Assembly: GCA_043797085.1 (NCBI GenBank)
Contig: JAZDQA010000001.1
Span: 32,001 to 96,000, forward strand
DNA from: Pseudomonadota bacterium
Lineage (GTDB): Bacteria; Campylobacterota; Campylobacteria; Campylobacterales; Sulfurimonadaceae
DNA length: 64,000 bases
Direction: 5' to 3'
The notes under the pieces are model-generated. The model was not told the DNA's origin. It did no database searches and saw only the letters and a list, made by a program, of their open reading frames with translations. The position numbers and the translations under genes were made by a program. Positions within the stretch are counted from its first letter, which is position 1. Each line of letters starts with the position of its first letter. Below are positions 10,488-19,770 of the stretch, one piece after another.

Positions 10488-11528
10488 TTATTTAATAGAA
10501 CTGATTTTTTGTGAATCACCCGATTTGGTATCAAGCCAGATATTAGGAGTTGAACCTCCCGGTGTGAGGAAAATTTTCGCGTCTTTGTTTTCTCTCAGAG
10601 CGTCGTTAAATTTACCTTGCACTTTGATTTGTTCAAGTTTGAGTAATCCTGGAGAGAGTGACTGAGCAATAAGATGGTTGGCTTTTGCTTGAGCGATTGC
10701 TTCGATGGTAACCGCATTTGCCGTACCTTGTGCTTCTGTCTCTTTTTTGAACGCTTCTTGTTTGGCACGCTCTACGTCTTGCTGTGCTTTTTCAACTTCT
10801 TGTTTGGCAACCTGAACGCGCTCGATTTGATCTTTTACTTTTTGAGGAAGACCAATTTCACGCAATTGGATTGATTCGAGATCGGCAGGACCATTTTTTT
10901 GACGATCAATATTTGCGCGGATACCCGATTCGATTTTTTGGGCAATCGCATTTCTCATAATCGGCAAAGTCTCTGCATCATATTGACCGATAACGTTACG
11001 AACTACATCGCGTGCCACAGGGTCGATGATTTTATCTTCCCAGCTAAAGCCCCAGTTGGAGATCGTTTGAGCAGCTAGTTGGGCATTAAGACGATATTGA
11101 ACTGTCATATCGATGGATACCGGAAGTCCCCGTTTATCCAAAACCGTGATAGCCGGTTTGAGTAAAATCCCATCCCCCGCAGTAGAGGCACGATCGATTT
11201 TATCGGCATAGTTGATGATACGTACTTTGGTATCAACAATATAGACGTTTTGGATAACAGGGATGAGAAAATGCAGCCCCGGCATTAAGGCATTATCGCT
11301 GTACTTACCGTTAGTGGAGAGAATCCCGCGTTCGCCTTCGTTGATGATAATAAAAGGTTTTGCCAAAAATAGAAGGACTAAAAATCCTCCTATCAGCCAA
11401 AGCATACCTGCTTTTTGTGGATTCATATTGAAGTCGATTTTAGGAGGTTTTGGGGGAGTAAAGCCTCCGTCACTCTTCTTTTCTTCATGTTTTTTCTTAT
11501 TAAAATAATCGTTCATATCGGTTGCCAT
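10488..11528 (-). CDS. SPFH/prohibitin (band 7) family membrane protein
   Basis: One TM helix, GERGI, PGLHF.IP, band 7 domain and coiled-coil AEA-like tail; ATG 11528 after AAGGA. Confidence 0.9.
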   Translation of the reverse strand: MATDMNDYFNKKKHEEKKSDGGFTPPKPPKIDFNMNPQKAGMLWLIGGFLVLLFLAKPFIIINEGERGILSTNGKYSDNALMPGLHFLIPVIQNVYIVDTKVRIINYADKIDRASTAGDGILLKPAITVLDKRGLPVSIDMTVQYRLNAQLAAQTISNWGFSWEDKIIDPVARDVVRNVIGQYDAETLPIMRNAIAQKIESGIRANIDRQKNGPADLESIQLREIGLPQKVKDQIERVQVAKQEVEKAQQDVERAKQEAFKKETEAQGTANAVTIEAIAQAKANHLIAQSLSPGLLKLEQIKVQGKFNDALRENKDAKIFLTPGGSTPNIWLDTKSGDSQKISSIK

Positions 11529-11551
11529 GATGTTCCTTTTTGTATCAATCT

Positions 11552-11613
11552 CCAGCATTTATGCTGGTAGCTTTAGGGGGTTGCAAGGGACAAATTGTCC
11601 CTGCCACTAAAGC
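11552..11613. repeat. Composite palindromic intergenic element (two hairpins)
   Basis: CCAGCAT-TT-ATGCTGG, then GCTTTAG..AGGGACAA-A-TTGTCCCT..CTAAAGC. Confidence 0.5.
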
Positions 11614-11626
11614 GGACTTGTTCGTT

Positions 11627-12556
11627 TTAGTGTGTATCATCAATATAAGTGAGGTAGTGATCGTAATCAGGATTACGTCCGTATACGATGTCGAAATAGC
11701 TGCTTTGCAGTTTTTCAGTGATTGGACCACGTCCGCCTGCACCCAACACGCGTGCATCTACTTCGCGAACTGGAGTGAGCTCTGCTGCTGTTCCTGTGAG
11801 GAATGCTTCATCCGCAACATAAATTTCTTCACGGGTGATTTTTCGGCGAGTTACTTTCATCCCCATTTTTTCTGCCATTTCGATGACCGTTTTTTGGGTG
11901 ATGGATGCGAGAGAGTTATCGTTTGGAGGGGTGATGATCTCACCGTCTTTTATCATGAAAAACGAAGCACCGCTGGCTTCTGCAACATAACCTTCATCAT
12001 CTAAAAGAAGTGCTTCGTCGTATCCGGCCTCTACAGCTTCAAATTTTGCCATTTGGGAGTTAAGATAGTTAGCGACTGCTTTTGCTTTACCCATGTTTGA
12101 TTTGTTGTTTGGACGGCTGAATGAAGAGATTTTAAGACGAATACCACGCTTCATCCCCTCTTCACCCAAATAAGCACCCCATTCCCATGCAGCAACGGCA
12201 ACTTCAACAGGAGCTTCTTTGTGATAAATCCCCATAACGCCATATCCGAGATAGACAATAGGACGAAGATAGATGTTTTCACCGGTAAAATCGTTGGATT
12301 TAATGAGATCAATTTGTGCTTGGTTGAGTTCTTCAAGAGTATATGGGACAGTGATGAGTGTCATCTTTGCCGATTCGATCAAACGTTTTGTGTGGTCGTT
12401 TAGACGAAAAATGGCATACCCTTTTGGAGTTTTATAGACTTTAGTCCCCTCAATGGCGCCGTTACCGTAGTGGAGCGTGTGAGAAAGGACGTGAATTTTT
12501 GCGTCATTCCAAGGTACTAGTTTTCCGTTCATCCAAATATTTTTGGCTTCGTTCAT
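11627..12556 (-). CDS. ilvE: Branched-chain amino acid aminotransferase
   Basis: LHYG...EG, YLRP, AKAVANY and FLTGTAAE motifs. Confidence 0.95.
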   Translation of the reverse strand: MNEAKNIWMNGKLVPWNDAKIHVLSHTLHYGNGAIEGTKVYKTPKGYAIFRLNDHTKRLIESAKMTLITVPYTLEELNQAQIDLIKSNDFTGENIYLRPIVYLGYGVMGIYHKEAPVEVAVAAWEWGAYLGEEGMKRGIRLKISSFSRPNNKSNMGKAKAVANYLNSQMAKFEAVEAGYDEALLLDDEGYVAEASGASFFMIKDGEIITPPNDNSLASITQKTVIEMAEKMGMKVTRRKITREEIYVADEAFLTGTAAELTPVREVDARVLGAGGRGPITEKLQSSYFDIVYGRNPDYDHYLTYIDDTH

Positions 12557-12648
12557 AGTGAAAATCTCCAAAATAAAAATTAGGTGATTCTAGCGCAGAT
12601 GCCATTTAACATTGATTAAGCGGTATATTTCTCTCAAAAAAGGTGTTG

Positions 12649-12665
12649 CACGCATGGTGCGTGCT
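12649..12665 (-). terminator. Hairpin downstream of the truncated haemoglobin gene
   Basis: GCACGCA-TGG-TGCGTGC, followed on the minus strand by a T-run. Confidence 0.5.
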
Positions 12666-12686
12666 TTCACTAATATTAAAATAAAG

Positions 12687-13133
12687 TTAGTGCGTTGGGG
12701 TATTAATCATCCAAATAGAGAAAATATCCGCATAATCCCAAAATGACTGAATGTATTCAGGACTGACTCCCTCATCTTCGAGTGCCGGAAGCAAAACCGC
12801 ATAAAACTCAAGCCATCGGCGGCGGGCTGATTCGTCAATACGAAACGGTGCATGTCGTCCAACCATTCGAGGCTCACCACGTGTTTGCGCGAAATAATCA
12901 GGACCTCCGCAAATTTGAATGAAAAAATCTGCAGCGTGTTTTTTGGCAGTGCTGAAATCTTCTTCGTCATTCACCGGAAACAAAAAAGCGATATCACTGG
13001 TACGGATCATCTCATAATGATCGTCCACCATTTTACGAAAACGCTCTTCTCCTACTTGGAAAAAAAATCCCGGATGAGGTTTGGTTACCGGAGGGCGTAC
13101 CCCTAAAACACCGTCGGTTATGGTCAAGTTCAT
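12687..13133 (-). CDS. Group II-like truncated haemoglobin (2/2 globin)
   Basis: GGP.Y....GEP.M..RHAPF.I....R..WL signature. Confidence 0.8.
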   Translation of the reverse strand: MNLTITDGVLGVRPPVTKPHPGFFFQVGEERFRKMVDDHYEMIRTSDIAFLFPVNDEEDFSTAKKHAADFFIQICGGPDYFAQTRGEPRMVGRHAPFRIDESARRRWLEFYAVLLPALEDEGVSPEYIQSFWDYADIFSIWMINTPTH

Positions 13134-13265
13134 TATTGTCCCTTTGATAAATATGGGGATATTCTAAAACATATCCAACAAAAAACGCCTTAAAGTGAGT
13201 GCGTCTTTCTCTTTTTAGGTGATGATTTGTATAATAAAAGAATAATTTACCGATGAGGCTGATGT

Positions 13266-14681
13266 ATGGATGCACATATTTGGATGGGGTCAGAAGAAAT
13301 CAAACGTGATAGCATGTTAGAACGATGCAGTCCGTACGATGGGCGCATTGTGTCACGTTCTTCGGTGTGCAGTGTGGATGATGCTCGTCAAGCACTGAAT
13401 GTCGCACAAAATGCGTCTAAAATCGCTAAAAAAGTTCCGCTTCATCAACGATGTTCGTGGTTATTGGATGTCGCAAGTAAATTGCGAGAACAGCGTGAGG
13501 AGTTTGCCCGTGTTTTGTGTGATGAGGTTGGCAAGCCCATTAGTTACGCTCGTATCGAGGTGGATCGCTGTATCGAAACCATTACTCTTTCTGCTGAAAC
13601 AATGCGTACCATACATGGTGAGACGATCAATACCGATGCAATGCCAAGCGGTCGAAAAGCCCATGCGTATTGGCAGAGAGTTCCGTGCGGTGTTGTCGTA
13701 GCGATTACTCCGTTTAATTTTCCGCTCAATCTTGTCGCGCATAAACTTGCTCCCGCATTGGTGGCCGGTAATGCAGTGGTGCTTAAACCTACTCCTGAAG
13801 CTCCTCTTTGTGCGTACAAACTAGCAAAACTTTTTATCGAAAGCCCCTATGCAACCAAAGATGCGCTGAGTGTCGTTTACGGTGATGCCGAAGTGGGAAG
13901 CACATTAGTAGGGAGTGATATTCCCAGAGTCATTAGCTTTACCGGTTCTGTTGGAGTAGGAAACATCATTACCAAAAGTGCAGGGATTAAAAAAATCTCT
14001 TTGGAGCTTGGAGGTAATGCAGCGACCTACATCGACGACAGTGCAGATTTGGATTATGCCGCATCGCGTTGTGCCATTGGAGCATTTGTCAACTCAGGGC
14101 AGGTGTGCATCTCGCTTCAGCGTATTTATGTAGATAGCTCAATTTATGATGAATTTGCAGTAAAAATGGCAGAAGCAACATCCAAGCTAATCGTCGGTTC
14201 TCCCTATGATGAAGATACTTTTCTAGGACCGCTTATCAATGATGAAGCAGCACTTCGTGCAATGAGTTGGGTAGAGAGCGCCATTACAGAGGGAGCGGGC
14301 GCATTGACCCCTCCTCGGTGTGAGGGACGCATCTTTTATCCGTGTGTGATGGCGGATGTAACGGAGAATATGAAAATCGTCTGTGAAGAGGTTTTTGCCC
14401 CCATCGTTAGTTTGGTAAAAGTGGATGGAATCGATGATGCAATTGTGAGAATGAATAACTCTCCATATGGATTGCAGTTTTCCATATTTACCAACAACCT
14501 TGCTCATGCCACTCAAGCGATAGAAGAGCTCGACGCAGGCGGGGTGGTCATCAACGATATGCCAACGCTTCGTTTTGACATTCAGCCCTATGGCGGAGTG
14601 AAACTCAGTGGTGTCGGGCGTGAAGGTCCACGTTTCGCCATCGAAGAGTTTACGGAAATTAAATCAATCGTAATTTTATAA
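13266..14681 (+). CDS. Aldehyde dehydrogenase family protein
   Basis: ITPFNFP, FTGS, LELGGN, GQVCIS and EEVFAP motifs. Confidence 0.93.
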   Translation: MDAHIWMGSEEIKRDSMLERCSPYDGRIVSRSSVCSVDDARQALNVAQNASKIAKKVPLHQRCSWLLDVASKLREQREEFARVLCDEVGKPISYARIEVDRCIETITLSAETMRTIHGETINTDAMPSGRKAHAYWQRVPCGVVVAITPFNFPLNLVAHKLAPALVAGNAVVLKPTPEAPLCAYKLAKLFIESPYATKDALSVVYGDAEVGSTLVGSDIPRVISFTGSVGVGNIITKSAGIKKISLELGGNAATYIDDSADLDYAASRCAIGAFVNSGQVCISLQRIYVDSSIYDEFAVKMAEATSKLIVGSPYDEDTFLGPLINDEAALRAMSWVESAITEGAGALTPPRCEGRIFYPCVMADVTENMKIVCEEVFAPIVSLVKVDGIDDAIVRMNNSPYGLQFSIFTNNLAHATQAIEELDAGGVVINDMPTLRFDIQPYGGVKLSGVGREGPRFAIEEFTEIKSIVIL

Positions 14682-14692
14682 TAAAGGTATTA

Positions 14693-15163
14693 ATGATGTT
14701 AGAACTAGAAAGCACCGCCCCCGATTTTTGTTTGAGTAACCAAGACGACGTAGAGATTTGTCTGCGCGATTTGCGCGGTAAATGGATTGTCCTTTATTTT
14801 TATCCGAAAGATTCAACTCCCGGTTGTACGACTGAAGCGTGTGAGTTTACGGCATCGGTGGATGAGTATGATGATATGGGAGCGATTATTTTAGGTGTGA
14901 GTGCTGACAGTACCAAAGCGCATCGTAACTTTATCGAGAAACAAAATCTCGGTATTACACTGCTTAGTGATCCAACCACGCAAATGATGCAAGCTTACGG
15001 CGTATGGGCAATGAAAAAGAACTATGGTAAAGAGTACATGGGCATTGTACGTTCAACGTACATCATCGACCCAAAAGGGGTTGTAAAAGCGGTATGGACA
15101 AACGTTAAAGTAAAAGATCATGTGATAAAAGTAAAAGAAGAGTTAGTGAAGTTGCAGGGGTAA
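14693..15163 (+). CDS. bcp: Peroxiredoxin Bcp/PrxQ
   Basis: YFYPKDSTPGCTTEAC motif. Confidence 0.93.
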   Translation: MMLELESTAPDFCLSNQDDVEICLRDLRGKWIVLYFYPKDSTPGCTTEACEFTASVDEYDDMGAIILGVSADSTKAHRNFIEKQNLGITLLSDPTTQMMQAYGVWAMKKNYGKEYMGIVRSTYIIDPKGVVKAVWTNVKVKDHVIKVKEELVKLQG

Positions 15164-15168
15164 AAATC

Positions 15169-15239
15169 GGAACCGACACTTTAGTGTCGGAAAGTAAAGG
15201 CGGGACTAATACCCAAGGGGTAGACCCAGTCCCACTTCC
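15169..15239. repeat. Inverted doublet of REP-like palindromes (GGAA-N5-ACT-TT-AGT-N5'); the right unit is interrupted by an 18-nt insert
   Basis: Left unit GGAACCGACACTTTAGTGTCGG; right unit on the minus strand GGAAGTGGGACT[insert]TTAGTCCCGC; lies between convergent genes. Confidence 0.7.
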
Positions 15240-15250
15240 AAGAATAATAT

Positions 15251-16783
15251 TTAGAATCTATAACGAATATAAGCACGAATATCTTGTGCTTTGTCGACAA
15301 TCATAGAGCTTGGTGTTGATGATATATTATAAGGTGTACCACTGGTACTTCCAAAGAATCCATTACTTCCTGCATAATCATAATTGATATAAGTATAACG
15401 AAGTTGGAATGTCAAAATATCATCGACAAGAGGCTCTGTGAAATAAATTTCATACGCATCTCCACGAGCTGCGATTTTAGATCCGATTAGAGTATCTTCA
15501 CCGTAGGTGATTGGACGCCAGTAGTTCGAACCGTGGTTAAACTCTGCTCCCCATCGTCCTTCATCGCTGATAAGAGATGGGAACTGGGTTCCGATCCAAT
15601 AGCTATAGCCTGTTTTACTTTCAAATGGATTAGCACCACCAAGCATTCCTTGTTTGCCAGTTCCATTATATGGATCTGTTTTAGACATTGCACCACTGAA
15701 AAAAAGCGTTGTATCATCCAAAAAGTCACTTAATCCATCGCCGATACCATTAACCATTGCAAAAGCAGTTGCTGTATGAAGACCACCCACAGTCTCTAAT
15801 GCACCTGTTGGAGAGATTGGATTTATATCGATCAGATTGTTAGCATAAGTATACTGGAATCCCGTGCTGTATTGCTTGTCGTCATAAGGTACAACGATAA
15901 TCCCTACCATGTCGATATTGTTAGTGACATTGTTTTGATCACTATAAGGGGCTGAGCTAAAACGTGGCTCCGCTTGACTCATCCCGCGACCGGCACAGAG
16001 TTTGAAATACGATCCATCGAGACCGATAAGCTCTTCAGTTCCGAATTTGGCACTGGCACCGTCAAACTCAACATTAACCGTATGGGCAAGAGGAGACGAA
16101 GCATGGTCATCATCACGTATATTGATGAGGTGTCCCTCGGTAGAGGGGCGACGACCGATACTGACTGTCCATGGAATATCAGTTCCCATAAACTCATCAT
16201 CAGTATAGAAAAAATAAGCAGAACGGACACGAAGGGTATCATCGTAGGCTGCTTCAGAGCTAATCCAGTCAAATCCTTCCATTCCAGCAGGTGTTAGTGT
16301 TGCGCCACGTTGTCCAAATGTTTTATTGTAGGCAAGTTGCCCTACAAAGCTGAGTTCTTTTGTTGCCGCATAGCTCATTCCCAGCCACAAACGGTTACTC
16401 AACAGCGCATCATTTTTTTGTTTGCTTCCATCTGCCATTGTATATTGAAGATTATCCAAACTGGTACGGAAATCGACATCAAATTTTAAATGGTTTCCAT
16501 TGGTTCTTTTGTTGATGCTGCTCAATTGATCTTTAATGTCATCAATCTCTTTGGCAACATCTTCGTTGGCGGCAGTTGCTTTCTTGTTACTTGTCGGAGC
16601 AGCGACAACAGCTGTTTTTTGATCCGAGTCAACTTTTTGGGCTTTCAGTGTGTTTAGCTCTGCTTTAAGAGCTGCCATCTCTTTTTCCATCTTATCGAAT
16701 CGTTGTAAAATGGTATCATCAGCGATTACAGTGGTAGAAAGAAGCGCTGCAGCGACGATCGATCCTAAAAACTTTTGTTTCAT
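15251..16783 (-). CDS. Outer-membrane beta-barrel protein with N-terminal coiled coil (DUF3373-like)
   Basis: Signal peptide, coiled coil, GRRPS.EG motif and C-terminal YIRYRF OM signature. Confidence 0.75.
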   Translation of the reverse strand: MKQKFLGSIVAAALLSTTVIADDTILQRFDKMEKEMAALKAELNTLKAQKVDSDQKTAVVAAPTSNKKATAANEDVAKEIDDIKDQLSSINKRTNGNHLKFDVDFRTSLDNLQYTMADGSKQKNDALLSNRLWLGMSYAATKELSFVGQLAYNKTFGQRGATLTPAGMEGFDWISSEAAYDDTLRVRSAYFFYTDDEFMGTDIPWTVSIGRRPSTEGHLINIRDDDHASSPLAHTVNVEFDGASAKFGTEELIGLDGSYFKLCAGRGMSQAEPRFSSAPYSDQNNVTNNIDMVGIIVVPYDDKQYSTGFQYTYANNLIDINPISPTGALETVGGLHTATAFAMVNGIGDGLSDFLDDTTLFFSGAMSKTDPYNGTGKQGMLGGANPFESKTGYSYWIGTQFPSLISDEGRWGAEFNHGSNYWRPITYGEDTLIGSKIAARGDAYEIYFTEPLVDDILTFQLRYTYINYDYAGSNGFFGSTSGTPYNISSTPSSMIVDKAQDIRAYIRYRF

Positions 16784-16961
16784 AATTTGACTCCTTAAGT
16801 CTTTGGTTTATTGTATGGTAGATTCAATGACCTTGCATTGCTTTCAATGATATTAGCAAAAATTATATAAAAGCAATTTGAAAGCATCATTGTTTAGTGA
16901 TAAAAGTGTGACGAAAGTAACTAATAACAATTAATACAGCTAATATTAAGAGGATTCCAAG

Positions 16962-17108
16962 TAAAATTCGCCCGATTTTCTCTCCTCTTATGACGTGAGT
17001 AAAAATTCGCAAGCGAATAAATTGTTCTCGTGCATCCGATGTTTCGTCGGCTCTGTTGATAATCGCCCAAGTAAACGAAGAGCAAATACTTTAATACAGG
17101 AGTTACTC
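16962..17108 (+). promoter_or_regulatory. rpsB promoter (-10 TAAAAT) and long structured 5' leader, possibly an S2 autoregulatory leader
   Basis: TAAAAT at 16962; hairpins CCGAT-GTTTC-GTCGG and GCTCT..AGAGC; rpsB leaders are autoregulatory in other bacteria. Confidence 0.35.
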
Positions 17109-17882
17109 ATGGTAACTATGAAAGATTTACTAGAGTGCGGTGTACATTTCGGTCACCAAACACGTCGTTGGAATCCAAAAATGAAAAAATACATTTTTGG
17201 CGTTCGTAAAAACATTTACATCATCGATCTACAAAAAACATTGCGTTTTTTCCGTAGCGCATATCAGCAAGTTCTTGACGCTGCAGCTGAGGGACAAACG
17301 GTTCTTTTCGTAGGAACTAAAAAACAAGCTCGTGTTGCTATCCGTGATGCAGCTATTTCATGTGGTATGCCATACGTTGACAACCGCTGGTTGGGTGGAA
17401 TGTTGACAAACTTCCCAACAATCCAAAAATCAATCCGTAAACTTGAAATCATCGAAGAGATGCAAGCAAACGGTCAAATGGGTCTTCTAACTAAAAAAGA
17501 AGCGTTGATGATGGGTCGCCAAAAAGATAAATTGATCGCATATCTTGGTGGTATCCGTAACATGAAAACTTTGCCTGACATGATGTTCGTTATCGATGCA
17601 GTAAAAGAAAACATTGCAGTTCTTGAAGCGCGTCACCTCGGTATCCGTGTTGTTGCACCTCTTGATACTAACTGTGATCCAGACGTAATCGACATTCCAA
17701 TCCCTGGAAATGACGATGCTATCCGTTCAATTCAACTTTTCTGTAAAGAAATGGCAGAAGCGATCAACGAAGGTAAAGCACTTCGTAACGGTGGAAACGA
17801 AGAAGAAGTAACTGAAGAAGAAATGGCTCCGGAAGCAGCAGCTGTTGAAGCACCTGTTGCAGCAGTAGCAGAAGAAGCGTAA
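17109..17882 (+). CDS. rpsB: 30S ribosomal protein S2
   Basis: [24 protein letters not shown] and PGNDDAIRS motifs; ATG 17109 after AGGAG. Confidence 0.98.
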   Translation: MVTMKDLLECGVHFGHQTRRWNPKMKKYIFGVRKNIYIIDLQKTLRFFRSAYQQVLDAAAEGQTVLFVGTKKQARVAIRDAAISCGMPYVDNRWLGGMLTNFPTIQKSIRKLEIIEEMQANGQMGLLTKKEALMMGRQKDKLIAYLGGIRNMKTLPDMMFVIDAVKENIAVLEARHLGIRVVAPLDTNCDPDVIDIPIPGNDDAIRSIQLFCKEMAEAINEGKALRNGGNEEEVTEEEMAPEAAAVEAPVAAVAEEA

Positions 17883-17884
17883 TC

Positions 17885-18952
17885 ATGGCAGACGTAACAG
17901 CAGCAATGGTCAAAGACCTTCGTACGGCGACTGATGCGCCTATGATGGATTGTAAAAAAGCACTCACTGAGTGTGATGGCGACATGGAAAAAGCAAAAGA
18001 ATTTTTGCGTGACCGTGGTATGGCTCAAACTGCTAAAAAAGCGGATCGTGTTGCAGCTGAAGGACTTTTGGGTCTTAAAGTTTCTGAAACATTTACCTCT
18101 GCTTCTTTGGTAGAAATTAACTCTGAAACGGATTTTGTTGCAAAAAATGACGGCTTTATCGCTCTTGTTGGCAACACTGCAGCACACGTATTTACTACAG
18201 GTGTCAGTTCAGTAGAAGAGTTGAATGAAACGTCATACGAAACAGGAACTTTTTCAGAATACTTTACGTCTCAAGTAGCTCGTATCGGTGAAAAAATTGT
18301 AACTCGTCGTTTTGTAACACTAAATGCAGCTGAAAACGGATGTGTAAACGGTTATGTTCACACAAACGGCCGTGTTGGTGTTTTGGTAGCAATCACATGT
18401 GATTCTCAAAAAACAGCAGCAGCATTGGCTCCAATGGTACGTAACATCGCAATGCACGCATCTGCAATGAAACCTACTACTATGAGTTACAATGATTTCG
18501 ATCCTGTATACGTTCAAGAAGAAACAATCGGTCGTATCGAAGCGATCAAAACTGAGAACGAAGAACTTGCACGTTTGAAAAAACCTCTCAAAAATGTTCC
18601 TCAGTATATTTCTATGTCTCAGTTAACTCCTGAAGTTATGGCTGCGGCAGAAGAAGCGATCAAAGCTAAATTGCTAGCTGATGGCAAACCTGAAAAAATT
18701 TGGGCAAACATCATCCCTGGACAATTGGCTCGTTTCGTAGCAGACAATACAACTTTGGATAAAGAACTTGCATTGTTGGATCAAAACTACGTTATGGATG
18801 ATTCTATGACTGTAGCGCAAGCACTGACAAAAGAAGCTGCCGCTCACGGTGGAACAGCAAGCATCGTTGAATTCGTGAAATACGAAGTCGGCGAAGGCTT
18901 AGAGAAAAAAGTAGACAACTTCGCAGAAGAAGTCGCTGCTCAAATGGCGTAA
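17885..18952 (+). CDS. tsf: Elongation factor Ts
   Basis: [17 protein letters not shown] and FAEEVAAQM motifs; follows rpsB. Confidence 0.98.
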   Translation: MADVTAAMVKDLRTATDAPMMDCKKALTECDGDMEKAKEFLRDRGMAQTAKKADRVAAEGLLGLKVSETFTSASLVEINSETDFVAKNDGFIALVGNTAAHVFTTGVSSVEELNETSYETGTFSEYFTSQVARIGEKIVTRRFVTLNAAENGCVNGYVHTNGRVGVLVAITCDSQKTAAALAPMVRNIAMHASAMKPTTMSYNDFDPVYVQEETIGRIEAIKTENEELARLKKPLKNVPQYISMSQLTPEVMAAAEEAIKAKLLADGKPEKIWANIIPGQLARFVADNTTLDKELALLDQNYVMDDSMTVAQALTKEAAAHGGTASIVEFVKYEVGEGLEKKVDNFAEEVAAQMA

Positions 18953-18981
18953 ATCAAACCAAAGGTTTGTTTACGCCATTT
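18942..18981. repeat. 18-bp-arm inverted repeat overlapping the tsf stop codon
   Basis: AAATGGCGTAAA(T)CAAACC-AAA-GGTTTGTTTACGCCATTT. Confidence 0.75.
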
Positions 18982-18998
18982 TCGCTTTTCATTATTTA

Positions 18999-19087
18999 AC
19001 GCTAATCGGAACACGTCCCGAATAGCTACGTTAACACTGGGTTCTCTTCGGCAGAGAGCCCAAGCGCAGTTACCGCGCTTTTTTTTT
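18999..19087 (+). repeat. Copy 2 of the three-hairpin element; the last hairpin plus T9 resembles an intrinsic terminator
   Basis: Homologous to the reverse complement of 10405-10486; ends AGCGC-AGTTACC-GCGC followed by a T-run. Confidence 0.8.
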
Positions 19088-19122
19088 ACTCTCCTTAAAC
19101 ATTTTTCTCCTATAATTCCCCC

Positions 19123-19767
19123 ATGATACTTTTAAAAGCAACCTCACTCTCTCATCGTTTTGATTATCCCCTCTTTAATGATATTTCATTGGAATTGCAT
19201 GCCCGTGAATCGATAGCCATTGTTGGTGTCAGCGGCAGCGGAAAATCGACGCTTTTGCACATCCTTTCTTCACTTTTAAAACCCAACAGCGGTAATGTCG
19301 AACTTTTTGGAAAAGATATTTATACTTTGGATGATAAGCAGTTGGTACAGCTTCGTCGTCATGATTTGGGATTGATTTATCAAAGCCACTATCTTTTTAA
19401 AGGGTTTAGTGCCTATGAAAATCTCGAAGTTGCGGCAATTTTAGCGGGAGAAACCATCGACCCTGCCTTGTTAGTAAACCTTGGAATCGCTCAAGTGATA
19501 GGACAAAAGGTGACGGAACTCTCAGGCGGTCAGCAACAGCGTGTCTCGATTGCCCGAATTCTCTCCAAGAAACCGCGTCTTATTTTCGCCGATGAACCGA
19601 CGGGCAATCTCGATCACGCTACGGCTTCGGAAGTGATGGATCTTTTTATGGATTATTTGATTTCGCATGATGCAGGATTACTTCTCGTTACACACGATGA
19701 AGCGTTAGCCGCACGGTGTGACCATATTTACCGTATGGTCGATGGCTCTTTGGTGCGAGGTAAGTAG
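19123..19767 (+). CDS. ABC transporter ATP-binding protein (LolD-like)
   Basis: GVSGSGKST, LSGGQQQRV, ADEPTGNLD and VTHD motifs. Confidence 0.9.
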   Translation: MILLKATSLSHRFDYPLFNDISLELHARESIAIVGVSGSGKSTLLHILSSLLKPNSGNVELFGKDIYTLDDKQLVQLRRHDLGLIYQSHYLFKGFSAYENLEVAAILAGETIDPALLVNLGIAQVIGQKVTELSGGQQQRVSIARILSKKPRLIFADEPTGNLDHATASEVMDLFMDYLISHDAGLLLVTHDEALAARCDHIYRMVDGSLVRGK

Positions 19768-19770
19768 AGC

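Noticed and set aside
16907..16922. CRP/FNR-like site TGTGA-N6-TAACT upstream of the DUF3373-like gene
   Set aside because: The second half-site is poor and there is only one instance.
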